Of a stretch of DNA of 64,000 nt, positions 10,452 to 20,190 are shown in pieces. The notes beneath the pieces were generated by a model, which was not told the origin of the DNA, ran no database searches, and was given only the letters and a program-made list of their open reading frames with translations. Position numbers and translations under genes: made by a program. The stretch is from the IMG/VR virus record IMGVR_UViG_3300023179_008779, positions 5,250 to 69,249 of that record; one strand, 5' to 3'. How positions within the stretch are numbered: position 1 is the first letter of the stretch; each line of letters opens with the position of its first letter. The stretch comes from a virus.

Positions 10452-10670
10452 ATGGACAAATCAGATAACATCGTTAAAGAGTCAAGAATACTTGTTGATT
10501 CAGTCAAGGACACGTTAGCTTCAAATCTCCTGTCTGCTGTAAGAAGCAGCATGGTTAGCCTTCCTGAGTCTGATCTGAACAAGCTTATCAACATAGTCAA
10601 TCTTTCAGTGGATGAAGCTTATCAGAAAGCGCTGCCGATTTACCACCGGGCAGTCAAGAAACATACATGA
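10452..10670 (+). CDS. Hypothetical protein
   Basis: 72 aa ORF with ATGA overlap to the next gene. Confidence 0.6.
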   Translation: MDKSDNIVKESRILVDSVKDTLASNLLSAVRSSMVSLPESDLNKLINIVNLSVDEAYQKALPIYHRAVKKHT

Positions 10671-11155
10671 GGGGACAAAGACACCTCGTTTATTGTCGAT
10701 GTGTGTTACCGCAGTTTAAGTCATTACCTGACCCGCCAAAGCATCAATTTGTCGTGTTTTCCGTCATTGATGATGATGACAATGCAGTACCAAAGTATGC
10801 TCAATGCAATAACTGCGGATTAGTGCACAAAGTTGTCGACATATGCAAGTCTGAGATTCTTTCAAAGAAAGAATCGATCGCTTCTATCATTTCTATCGAT
10901 GACATAAAAACATCGCTTCCTCCCAACCTTGTTGACATTCTTGAGCGCCACAATGTCGAAATTGCTACATGGGAACAGGCTCAACACATTCTTGAAAACA
11001 AAGAGTGGGGTAGCTTTGTCACACTCACAGGAGAAGAGGAAGATGGCATGCGCCACGGTAAGTACGTAAGAATGATGTCTGAATCTTTCTTTAAGATTGA
11101 GACATTCTCAAGAGACAGCGTAGTCGTCTTAGATGAGGTGAAAAAAGATGAATGA
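10667..11155 (+). CDS. Hypothetical protein with putative Zn-binding motif
   Basis: CRC...CNNCGLVH...C. Confidence 0.6.
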   Translation: MRGQRHLVYCRCVLPQFKSLPDPPKHQFVVFSVIDDDDNAVPKYAQCNNCGLVHKVVDICKSEILSKKESIASIISIDDIKTSLPPNLVDILERHNVEIATWEQAQHILENKEWGSFVTLTGEEEDGMRHGKYVRMMSESFFKIETFSRDSVVVLDEVKKDE

Positions 11156-11402
11156 ACAATTTACTTACGGTGAGCTTCAATCAGAGAAGCTCACTACCGA
11201 AAGCAACATTGCGCGACAGATTGTCAAGGAAATCAACACGTTTGGAATCAACGATCGTCAGCGCTGGTTGATCATGTACTATCTTTCACTTGAACTAGAG
11301 ACCGTTGAGGACATGAAAGAACTGTCAAGCTTTATTCGTGAAAAGAAAGGCAATTCACTTTTTGTTACAAAGATTTATGGGCAGGAGGAAGACAATGGGT
11401 AG
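11148..11402 (+). CDS. Hypothetical protein
   Basis: 84 aa ORF overlapping neighbours. Confidence 0.6.
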   Translation: MNEQFTYGELQSEKLTTESNIARQIVKEINTFGINDRQRWLIMYYLSLELETVEDMKELSSFIREKKGNSLFVTKIYGQEEDNG

Positions 11403-11991
11403 GAAAGTTCTTGAATCAAAGTCAGAATCGAAGAAGAACTCTGAGGAGATGTTACAGATTGCTACTGTGTCTAATCCATCTGATTCTTCGCGACTAGTTG
11501 TTCTTCATGGAGATGTCAATGAGTCTTCAATCTCAATGGTCGTTGCCCAGATGCTTCATCTTGCTTCTATTAATCATAAGCCTATTCATCTTGTCATATC
11601 AACGTACGGGGGATCTGTTGATGAGATGTTCACTCTTTACGACACGATCAAATTCTTGCCATGCCCAGTGCACACAATAGCGCTTGGTAAAGTCATGAGT
11701 GCCGGTGTACTTTTGCTTGCATCAGGTACAAAGGGTAGGAGAATGATAGGTAAGAACGCTCGTGTGATGATCCATCCGGTGAGCGGCGGCGCTGGCGGCA
11801 ACGTGTTTGAAGTCATGGCGGAGTCAAAGGAACACAAACGACTCCAGGACCAGATGGTAGATGCAATCGTGGGTGAGACAAGGTCAACTCGTGAGCAAAT
11901 CGAAAAAATCATGAAGCGTGGACATGATGTCTATCTACTCCCCGAAGAGGCAATCAAGATGGGAATTGTTGATAAGATCATCGGAGTTTGA
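11395..11991 (+). CDS. clpP: ATP-dependent Clp protease proteolytic subunit
   Basis: ISTYGGSV; catalytic triad in VMSAG (S), MIHP (H) and HDVYL (D); EEAIKMGIVD; AGGAGG before ATG 11395. Confidence 0.9.
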   Translation: MGRKVLESKSESKKNSEEMLQIATVSNPSDSSRLVVLHGDVNESSISMVVAQMLHLASINHKPIHLVISTYGGSVDEMFTLYDTIKFLPCPVHTIALGKVMSAGVLLLASGTKGRRMIGKNARVMIHPVSGGAGGNVFEVMAESKEHKRLQDQMVDAIVGETRSTREQIEKIMKRGHDVYLLPEEAIKMGIVDKIIGV

Positions 11992-12032
11992 TGCGGTGCA
12001 AAGTGTATACCCTTTGGTATATTGTCTAAAAA

Positions 12033-13679
12033 ATGCCCACTCATGATTACCTGAAGTATTTCCCATTTCCCAACATTCGACAGGAACAGCGTAAGGCAAT
12101 TGAGTTTGCACTTGATGCTTACGAATCAGGAAAAAAAGCAGTACTTCTAGAGATGGGTACTGGTACCGGTAAATCAGCTACCGGTATCACGATTGCCCGT
12201 TACATGGAGATGCATGCTCCGCCCGTCCGAAATTCGGACGGAGATCTGATGACAGGAGCATATGTTATCACAACACAAAAGATACTTCAACAACAGTATC
12301 TTGACGACTTTGGTCCGCAAAGCGGCAAAGGATTAGTGCGATCGATCAAGTCGTCTGCAAACTACCAATGCAAGCATTACACCGATCAGACTTGTGCAGA
12401 ATCAAAGCGCGTACTTGTTAAAATGGGTAAACATCTTAAGGGTACAGAGTTCGAGAAACAGTGCAAGAATAACTGCACTTACTCATTAGAGAAACAGGAT
12501 TTTATTGAATCGCCAATCTCCATCACCAATTTCTCTTATTTTCTAGCGGAGACGACGTATGCAGGAAAGCTTGAACCTCGAGCCCTGCTCATCATCGACG
12601 AATGTCACAACATTGAATCTGAAGTTGGCAAGTTCGTTGAGGTCACATTCTCTGAAAAATTTGCACGTGACACATTGAAGTGCAAGATTCCAAGACTCGA
12701 TACCCAAGATGCAGTTCTTGAATGGGTTCGCATTCCTTACCGTAAGGCAGTAAGCAAATACATGCGTGAACTTGAGAAGAACATGGTCAAACTCTCAGAT
12801 CAGATAGAGGGATACGGGGAGTTTTCAAAGCAGTACGAGATGCTTGATAAGCATATCTGCAAAGTCAACCGTTTCCTTGATTCCTACACACATGATAACT
12901 GGGTCATGAATATTTCTTATCCGCCTGAAGGATCAAAGAGAGGTGCTCGTAAGTTCGAGTTTAAGCCTGTTGACGTCGCGCCTGAATCACAAGTGCTCTT
13001 CAAGTCAGGTGCACGACTTCTCATGATGTCAGCAACGGTAGTTGATAAAGACGTGTTTTGCACTTCAATTGGACTTGATCCAAGTGAAGTTGCGTACCTC
13101 AGGATTCCGTCTCCATTCCCAATCGAGAATCGACCTATCCATGTCGTACCTGCTGGATCGATGTCAAAAGACAACATTGACCGCACGTTACCCATCATGG
13201 CCGAGGCAGTCAAACTTCTCTTAGATAAACACCCCAATGAGAAGGGAATCATCCACACTACCAACTTTAAAGTTGCACGCTATCTCATTGAAAACATCAT
13301 GACAGAAAGATTTCTGTCACATGATTCTGCTAACCGTGATGAGGTCTTACGTCGGCATATAGAGAGTCCGGATCCGACAGTCTTGATCAGCCCATCTATG
13401 ATGGAGGGAGTCGATCTTGCTGACGATGCGTCAAGATTTCAGATCATATGTAAGACACCGTTCCCGTATCTAGGGGATCTCGTGGTCAAGAAGCGTATGG
13501 AACGCAACAAGATGTGGTACCCATACATGACAGCCAAAGCAGTCATCCAATCGCTTGGACGTTCGATCAGGAATGAACAGGATCACGCTGTGTCTTATAT
13601 CCTGGATGCAGATTGGCAACGTTTCTACTCAAGGAATCTGCACATGTTCCCCGAGGAGTTCAAGCTGTCCTTTCAATGA
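12033..13679 (+). CDS. DinG/YoaA/Rad3-family SF2 helicase
   Basis: Q motif RQEQ, GTGTGKS, DECH, SAT, EGVD, QSLGRSIR; Cys cluster. Confidence 0.9.
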   Translation: MPTHDYLKYFPFPNIRQEQRKAIEFALDAYESGKKAVLLEMGTGTGKSATGITIARYMEMHAPPVRNSDGDLMTGAYVITTQKILQQQYLDDFGPQSGKGLVRSIKSSANYQCKHYTDQTCAESKRVLVKMGKHLKGTEFEKQCKNNCTYSLEKQDFIESPISITNFSYFLAETTYAGKLEPRALLIIDECHNIESEVGKFVEVTFSEKFARDTLKCKIPRLDTQDAVLEWVRIPYRKAVSKYMRELEKNMVKLSDQIEGYGEFSKQYEMLDKHICKVNRFLDSYTHDNWVMNISYPPEGSKRGARKFEFKPVDVAPESQVLFKSGARLLMMSATVVDKDVFCTSIGLDPSEVAYLRIPSPFPIENRPIHVVPAGSMSKDNIDRTLPIMAEAVKLLLDKHPNEKGIIHTTNFKVARYLIENIMTERFLSHDSANRDEVLRRHIESPDPTVLISPSMMEGVDLADDASRFQIICKTPFPYLGDLVVKKRMERNKMWYPYMTAKAVIQSLGRSIRNEQDHAVSYILDADWQRFYSRNLHMFPEEFKLSFQ

Positions 13680-13734
13680 ATTGTTTACTTTTATTCTACA
13701 GAACCTATATTTCTGTCTGGAGGAATGATTTTCA

Positions 13735-13944
13735 ATGAGTGACGATAGCCCAGTTTTGAATAAGTGGAATGAGCTTAAGGCTCTAGTCGAGGCGCTTGAG
13801 CTTGACGTAGCAAAGAACGCCAAGGGAGTTGCCGCCGCAGGTGTCCGTGTTCGTAAGGGTCTTCGAGCTCTTGCAGCGGCTGCAAGAGACCTTGGCAAGG
13901 TGACCCTTGAGACTGATAAGGCAAGCAAAGAGTCAAAAGACTGA
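13735..13944 (+). CDS. Histone H1-like Hc1 family protein
   Basis: DVAKNAKGVAAAGVRVRKGLRAL matches the Hc1 K...GNxAAGxRxRK pattern; GGAGG upstream. Confidence 0.75.
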   Translation: MSDDSPVLNKWNELKALVEALELDVAKNAKGVAAAGVRVRKGLRALAAAARDLGKVTLETDKASKESKD

Positions 13945-14018
13945 CTTAAATTCAAGCCTACTTTGTTGCAAGGGAAGTGCGTATGTGTACTTCCCTTGTT
14001 TGTTATCGGAGAAAAACA

Positions 14019-14300
14019 ATGAGAAATAGAGAACTTATCTTACGAGAGATTGCTTTACACGATCTTGATCCCAATGTTAAGCATGTAATTCATAAAAACA
14101 AATTGACACCTGAAAAGAAGTCCGAAGCACCCCAGACTGCACCCGATTTAGAGGTGAAGGAAGAGCGCACAGTGTCTGTTTCATCTGTCTACGATAGCGC
14201 ACCCATTCAAGAGGGCGTATCTGAGAATGAAACTTCCGTAGATTCAGAAAAGAAGAAGAAGCCCAATCTTAAAAAGAAACCTGCAATTACGCCCGCATGA
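14019..14300 (+). CDS. Hypothetical low-complexity protein
   Basis: GGAG-preceded ATG at 14019; K/E/S-rich tail. Confidence 0.5.
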   Translation: MRNRELILREIALHDLDPNVKHVIHKNKLTPEKKSEAPQTAPDLEVKEERTVSVSSVYDSAPIQEGVSENETSVDSEKKKKPNLKKKPAITPA

Positions 14301-14559
14301 AGTTTCGAATCTTTTGGTATATCCCCTTTTCGATCTGACAAATTCGCATCCGTGTCAGTCCGTAAATCTTTCCAATTTCATTCAAGGTAAGAGGACCCTG
14401 TTGCGTCGTGATCAATAGGCAATTTTTGCCTTGCTCAAACTCAATCCACTTGCTACACTTTTTTCTTTGGCAGGTGCAAGAAGATTTGTCAATTGCTTCA
14501 TAGCATGTAGTCTCTGGAATAAGTTGTAGCTTCTTGTTTCTTTTTGAGTTGAGTTCCAT
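14287..14559 (-). CDS. Small Cys-rich protein with sigma-70 region 4 HTH
   Basis: PLTLNEIGKIYGLTRMRICQIEK (sigma4.2 pattern TLxEIG..xxTRERIRQIE); C-x8-CxC-x4-C N-terminus. Confidence 0.75.
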   Translation of the reverse strand: MELNSKRNKKLQLIPETTCYEAIDKSSCTCQRKKCSKWIEFEQGKNCLLITTQQGPLTLNEIGKIYGLTRMRICQIEKGIYQKIRNFMRA

Positions 14560-14623
14560 AGTTCTGTGTATGATATTTTCGTGAGGAACTTACTTTGTAT
14601 AAGAAAACCTCAAATTTCACAAC

Positions 14624-16018
14624 ATGAAAAAGACATATATCCTGGACACCAACGTTCTTTTGAGTGATCCCAACTGTTTGCGGAATTTTCAAGATAACGA
14701 TCTTGTCATCCCAATCCTCGTTCTAGAAGAACTTGATCGGCACAAGGGACGGTCAGACGAGGTCGGCAGAAACTGTCGAGAGATAAGCAGAACTCTTGAC
14801 TTGTTAGGCGAAACAGGCAGCCTCAAAGACGGTGTCAATCTGCCCAGCGGCGGGTTTTTAAGAATTATGTCTTCCTCTTCGGGATATGATGAGTTGTTGC
14901 CTCCTGAATTGACTAAGGGCTCTTCAGTCGACAACATGATCATTGGATTCGTGTTGAAGCTTCAGAAGACTGTGCCCAATGCGATTCTTGTCAGCAAGGA
15001 TATCAATGTTCGTGTCAAGTGCTCTTCGTTGGGTATTGAGGCACAGGATTATCTAAGCATTCGTGTATCAGATTCGATGGATTCTTTATACACTGGTGTC
15101 AAAGTCATATTGACCAGTGAGGATCTAATCAATGATTTCTATATGGGGGGTGCATACAAGGTGTCCGACGTCACGGAAGACACAATCTATCCTAATCAGA
15201 TTTTAGTTCTCAAGTCAGTAGATGCAGAAGGCAATACTATAAATTCAGTCTTGACTCGAGCTCTATCTGATATGTCATTGAAACAACTTACACGATACGA
15301 CGGCATATTTGGAGTTCGTCCTAGAAATAAAGAGCAGTCATTTTCAATTGAGTTGTTGATGGATCCAAGTGTGAAACTACTGACTCTGACCGGCCGCGCT
15401 GGTTGCGGCAAGACTCTCATTGCTCTCGCCGCCGGGCTGGACCAGCTTCAGTCAATCGGTCAAAATTCTGTATATCAAAAGCTCATCGTGTCCCGTCCCG
15501 TCCAGCCTGTCGGACGTGATATCGGATTTCTTCCTGGTACACTTGAAGAAAAGATGGAACCGTGGATTGCTCCAATCAGAGATAACCTAGAATTTCTTCT
15601 GGGAAATTCGGGATTTAGTAAAAAGAACCAGGCAACCCAGAAAAAAAAGAGATCTGAGGAGTCAATCGGAGGGTTCAAAGATCCGTATCTTGACCTCATG
15701 CAGCAGAGAGGGCTTATTGAGCTTGAGGCAATCTCTTTTATCAGAGGAAGATCAATCCCAAACGCTTTCATAATCATTGATGAAGCACAGAATCTATCGA
15801 TGCATGAGTTGAAGACAATCGTCACTCGAGCAGGTGAAGGAACTAAGATAGTATTGACGGGAGACGTTGAGCAGATTGACAATGTTCACGTCGACACATT
15901 CACTAATGGTCTTACTTACGCAGTTGAGAAATTCAAGGAATACGACTTGTCGGGGCACGTCACTCTTCTCAAGGGGGAACGTAGCGCTCTAGCAACTTTG
16001 GCATCGCAGATTCTTTAG
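14624..16018 (+). CDS. phoH: PIN-domain PhoH family ATPase (PhoH2/YlaK type)
   Basis: ILDTNVLL PIN start, SKDINVR, GRAGCGKT, GFLPG, RGRS, DEAQN, GDVEQID. Confidence 0.92.
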   Translation: MKKTYILDTNVLLSDPNCLRNFQDNDLVIPILVLEELDRHKGRSDEVGRNCREISRTLDLLGETGSLKDGVNLPSGGFLRIMSSSSGYDELLPPELTKGSSVDNMIIGFVLKLQKTVPNAILVSKDINVRVKCSSLGIEAQDYLSIRVSDSMDSLYTGVKVILTSEDLINDFYMGGAYKVSDVTEDTIYPNQILVLKSVDAEGNTINSVLTRALSDMSLKQLTRYDGIFGVRPRNKEQSFSIELLMDPSVKLLTLTGRAGCGKTLIALAAGLDQLQSIGQNSVYQKLIVSRPVQPVGRDIGFLPGTLEEKMEPWIAPIRDNLEFLLGNSGFSKKNQATQKKKRSEESIGGFKDPYLDLMQQRGLIELEAISFIRGRSIPNAFIIIDEAQNLSMHELKTIVTRAGEGTKIVLTGDVEQIDNVHVDTFTNGLTYAVEKFKEYDLSGHVTLLKGERSALATLASQIL

Positions 16019-16113
16019 AAATCGAAATTAGTAGCTGTGTTATCAAAGATTCTTTGACATAGCTGCTCATATGTCGGTCTGTGAAAGATTCCCGAAGTAT
16101 ATTTGTGTAGAGC

Positions 16114-17526
16114 ATGAGTGGAATTCTCAACAACCGTTCCAGAGTGATAGACGCAATCCTCACGTCTGAAGGTCGCCGCCAAATGGCAGCCGGCAATTTT
16201 GACGTTAAGTATGTCACGTTCAGTGACATGGGCGTGTCATATATTCCTGACCCCAGCAGTGGTCATGAAGATCCAACACCCAAGATATACTTTGAAGTAG
16301 CAAATTTGCCGCAGGATCAAATAACGTTTGAGGCAAATGATGAAGGCAAGTTAGTTCCCTTTCGATATCAAGACATAAAAACTAGTAACAATAGTACGAT
16401 TCCGTCTCTTACATCACAGGCCAGTCTTATCAACGGACAGCTTGTGTCATATCAATACCACCACGGACGGCGTGTTCAAACAAGCACTTTGCTTGAAAAT
16501 CCCAATGACTTGAACTGCGGATTTGTTTACAGCGATCTGAGCAACGTGACAGGCTCTGTGTTGATTGATCCTAAATTAGTCGCAGGAACTATAACCAAAT
16601 CTGGGCCTCCGTACGTAGCTTACATTGGAAGTGCCGGCGGCCTGGGGTCTCCTCAGTTTGCCTCTGCAATATCAGGTGCTATTGCTTCTTTGACAAACAT
16701 TGGCGGCCCTGATGTCAATTGCATTGTTTACAACAATTCAGTTTTTCTAGACACAGCTAAAGCTTTTTTGGGTACTAAAATTTTTCTTACTGGCACTCTT
16801 TCTTCACCTCTTATTGTTGAAGAAGGTGTGATTGGCGGCAATTTGCTTACGGATAGCGTTCAAAATGCAGATTTTGCTACGCAGATAAAGGGAATACTTA
16901 CATCTTCTTTCGATAACTTCAATAAGCAGCAGCTTTTAGCATCAATTGATCGATTTTACGGAGATCAAGATTTTGTCTTATCAACAAACAACATTCAATT
17001 TGATACTTCAAAGTTAGATAAAGACACGAGGCAAAGAGTCACCAATGTTCCCCAGTTGAACAATATTGATTCTATCTTTAACGATGGAAGATTTAGCCAC
17101 TTAGATAATTTCTTGTACCTACCACCAATTGTCAAAGTATCAGATTCTGTTGCTCCCGATAAGTCAAACGTCGACAGTCTAAAACCCTACTATTTGGGGA
17201 ACTATCCTTCTTGGGGTGACAATCACAAGAAGCTGAGCTTTGCTGACATTAAGCAACTCTTAACGGGACTCGAGTCTTCTAATCTAGAGTTTGTTATGAC
17301 CTCTAATTCAAACAACGTGATAGGGCAGTTATTTGAAGTCAATGGCACTGAGGTTACTAAATTAGATATTGTTGAATATGGCGACATATTGAATGCTGCT
17401 GACAGCAAACGTGAAGTGACAAATCGTGTATTTTTTGTTGGAAAGACGTACGTCGATGACCGCGGTACAAATGTGTTTATCAATATATTCACGCTTGTTT
17501 TCTCTAGGCCAAAGACAATCCGATGA
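16114..17526 (+). CDS. Putative virion structural (baseplate/tail) protein
   Basis: N-terminus IDAILTSEGRRQMA resembles that of the 26158 protein; first gene of a long structural block. Confidence 0.55.
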   Translation: MSGILNNRSRVIDAILTSEGRRQMAAGNFDVKYVTFSDMGVSYIPDPSSGHEDPTPKIYFEVANLPQDQITFEANDEGKLVPFRYQDIKTSNNSTIPSLTSQASLINGQLVSYQYHHGRRVQTSTLLENPNDLNCGFVYSDLSNVTGSVLIDPKLVAGTITKSGPPYVAYIGSAGGLGSPQFASAISGAIASLTNIGGPDVNCIVYNNSVFLDTAKAFLGTKIFLTGTLSSPLIVEEGVIGGNLLTDSVQNADFATQIKGILTSSFDNFNKQQLLASIDRFYGDQDFVLSTNNIQFDTSKLDKDTRQRVTNVPQLNNIDSIFNDGRFSHLDNFLYLPPIVKVSDSVAPDKSNVDSLKPYYLGNYPSWGDNHKKLSFADIKQLLTGLESSNLEFVMTSNSNNVIGQLFEVNGTEVTKLDIVEYGDILNAADSKREVTNRVFFVGKTYVDDRGTNVFINIFTLVFSRPKTIR

Positions 17527-17539
17527 CTGACAGAGAAGG

Positions 17540-20170
17540 TTGCTAAAGATGAAACTGTTTGTTAAAAGAAGTGTTGATTCAAGCATAGTTGCAAACTCTT
17601 CTGTACTGCGCGTCGATCCAGACACGTTTGCTGAATTAGTAGAGTTGAACAACGACCTTTACTATTTCAATTTTTCATTTAGCATTTTCTTAAAATCACA
17701 AAAGAAAAATCCGCTGGACTACGATAGGGTTGTAATCAAGGTATTGAAAACATCGTCTGGTATGCAATCAACACAAGCGACAAATGCGTATAAGCTTATC
17801 AATGATTCTAATAATGATAAATTTGCAAACGTTGCAAATGCCTTGCAACCACGATCAAATAACATCAGGCTCCAACCCAAATTTAATCAGAAGCTGAACG
17901 ACAAGATATTCTCTAGCGTGCAAGCTTTTAGCGATCTACAGAATAAAGACGAGGATCTACTCGCTGCAGTCGACGTCTCGATTGGCTCTCAAATAGCACA
18001 AGCACTACAAAGCTATTTCACATTAACAGAAGTTTATGCCCCTGAATACAAAATTAATCCAAAAAGTCTAAGAATCGAATCAAAGAATTTTAGGATGAAT
18101 CAGTTACAAAGAAACATGAAGGGTGATGTGGCACAGGGAGCTTCGGGCGCTGATGCATCAAATCAACTTGATCCTCTACATGTAATCAACAGAATGAATC
18201 ATGATTTAGTTGATGTCACGTCTGTTGTAACAGACTCGGTGTTGTCTCATTATACTTCTCAGACTGATTTAGACAACCCAGCGTATAAAAAACGCGTATT
18301 GGATATGGGCAAAAAAGAACTGCAATATGAGTCTATAAGATATCTTCTGGACTACATTGCTTCTTCACCCGAAGAGAACAAGATGGCCGTGTATGAGAAT
18401 AGAGTTACTACCAAACAGCTGTCTGATGTTATTGTTACATCCCAGGTACAGATAAAATCTGGCAACAAAAATGTACCTTTGATTGCAAGGTTTGAGTTAT
18501 ACAAAAAGAATGGTTCGATACCCGAAGAAAGCGTCGATGTTGAATTTACACCACTGAACCACGTAGAAGCATTTGACACGGTGTTGACACCGCCCGATGT
18601 CAACGTCCAGATTACGCATGCTAATTCAAAAAAGCTAAATACATCTCAGTATACGGCTGTCGTTACTGATAAAGATACTTCGGGACGTGTAAAGAAATTC
18701 AACATTTATCTTAAGGACATTGACACTAAGGGAAATTCTGGGAGATATGAGAAGATAGGCGTCTTAGAGAACGGTTCTGTAAATCATTTTAGCTTTTTGG
18801 CTAAGTCTAATCTCTCTATTCTAAGAGTTGTGCCTGTTGATCTGCATAACAGGGAAGCTTATGTTTACACAAACACGGTCGTCGGCGCAGGTCATGATGC
18901 CGTGTGCTCGTTGGCAATAGTCGTTAGTAGCTTTGTGAACTCAAGGACAAGAATAGACGTGTATGGAGTTCCTGACAATGCTTCTTCTTTGACGCTATAT
19001 AGACGTGACTGTACTCAACATGTTGACGAACTCTTCCAAGTTATTGACAGAATCGAGCAAGTCGCAAAAGGCACTTCTAATTTTTCATTTACTGATCGCT
19101 CATCGCAAGTCGGAAGAGTTTATGAGTACTATTGCATAGTTGGCGTGAAAAAAGGCAATAACGAAGTCACTATTCCATCAAACTATGTTTTATTTCAAAA
19201 CATACCATATTCAGCTGACAATAGCAAGGCAGTGAACGTTACTACTACATCTCCATTCAATGCAATTGACAGCGGTGGAAATCGATTTTGCAACTTTCAG
19301 ATAAACATCAGCGTACCATCATCTGAAAAACAAAGTATTACTGATTTTCTTAAAGAGCAATTGGGCGAATTATACGAGCAATACTTGAATCCTGCAAACA
19401 ACTTGTCGTCACCCTTAGGTGACGACGGTGGCATACCCGAGTATGCTGATCTTTTCTTTCACGAGGTAGTTCGTACAAACCTAAACACTTCAGAAAGAGA
19501 AGTGTTTGCGTTGGTGTCTAGTGGAGCTTTTTCTGATAACACAACTACGCAAAAAAAGTCTAACATCAAGCCGATAAACCCTCTGCATGATTACATTTAC
19601 AGCGTTTTTACGTACAGAAAAAATCCGATTGAGTTATTCAAAAACTTTATAGCTAAAGGTACTGATTCGCACGGTATTGAGTGGTTTTATTCACCCTACA
19701 AGTGGAGAAATTCATCAGCTAAAGCAGGGTATCTATACGCTGACGATCCAAGCACCAATATCCCGTCTATAAGTGCATATGAGAATTTTAGATCTGAGTG
19801 CTACGGATTGACAGCATCAGTAATGTCGATGGGGTCAAAAAAATACTCTGAATTGACACAGGTTGTAGCTAACAGAATTAATAAGAGCGCTGTGAAGATC
19901 TCTTGGAGCGTTCCTGACAACAATATCTATGATGCTTTTGTCGTTATGAAAGTTGTCAATGGTGTCAGGAGCTTGGTCGGAAGATCAAGAAAGAATTTTA
20001 TCTATCACTCGATTACGCCCCAAGACATTGGGACAGTCTATTATATTGTCGTGCCGATATCTTCCAATTTTGTTATCGACTCTCCTGGGTATACAAGTTC
20101 AATACTGATATTGCCCGACATGATTACACCTCGGACTGTAGCATTACCCAACAACACTAATGTCTTGTAG
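17540..20170 (+). CDS. Large putative virion protein with FN3/Ig-like beta repeats
   Basis: FTDRSSQVGRVYEYY and VKISWS...VYYIVVP FN3-like segments. Confidence 0.5.
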   Translation: MLKMKLFVKRSVDSSIVANSSVLRVDPDTFAELVELNNDLYYFNFSFSIFLKSQKKNPLDYDRVVIKVLKTSSGMQSTQATNAYKLINDSNNDKFANVANALQPRSNNIRLQPKFNQKLNDKIFSSVQAFSDLQNKDEDLLAAVDVSIGSQIAQALQSYFTLTEVYAPEYKINPKSLRIESKNFRMNQLQRNMKGDVAQGASGADASNQLDPLHVINRMNHDLVDVTSVVTDSVLSHYTSQTDLDNPAYKKRVLDMGKKELQYESIRYLLDYIASSPEENKMAVYENRVTTKQLSDVIVTSQVQIKSGNKNVPLIARFELYKKNGSIPEESVDVEFTPLNHVEAFDTVLTPPDVNVQITHANSKKLNTSQYTAVVTDKDTSGRVKKFNIYLKDIDTKGNSGRYEKIGVLENGSVNHFSFLAKSNLSILRVVPVDLHNREAYVYTNTVVGAGHDAVCSLAIVVSSFVNSRTRIDVYGVPDNASSLTLYRRDCTQHVDELFQVIDRIEQVAKGTSNFSFTDRSSQVGRVYEYYCIVGVKKGNNEVTIPSNYVLFQNIPYSADNSKAVNVTTTSPFNAIDSGGNRFCNFQINISVPSSEKQSITDFLKEQLGELYEQYLNPANNLSSPLGDDGGIPEYADLFFHEVVRTNLNTSEREVFALVSSGAFSDNTTTQKKSNIKPINPLHDYIYSVFTYRKNPIELFKNFIAKGTDSHGIEWFYSPYKWRNSSAKAGYLYADDPSTNIPSISAYENFRSECYGLTASVMSMGSKKYSELTQVVANRINKSAVKISWSVPDNNIYDAFVVMKVVNGVRSLVGRSRKNFIYHSITPQDIGTVYYIVVPISSNFVIDSPGYTSSILILPDMITPRTVALPNNTNVL

Positions 20171-20190
20171 ATGTTTGACGATGGAGCATT

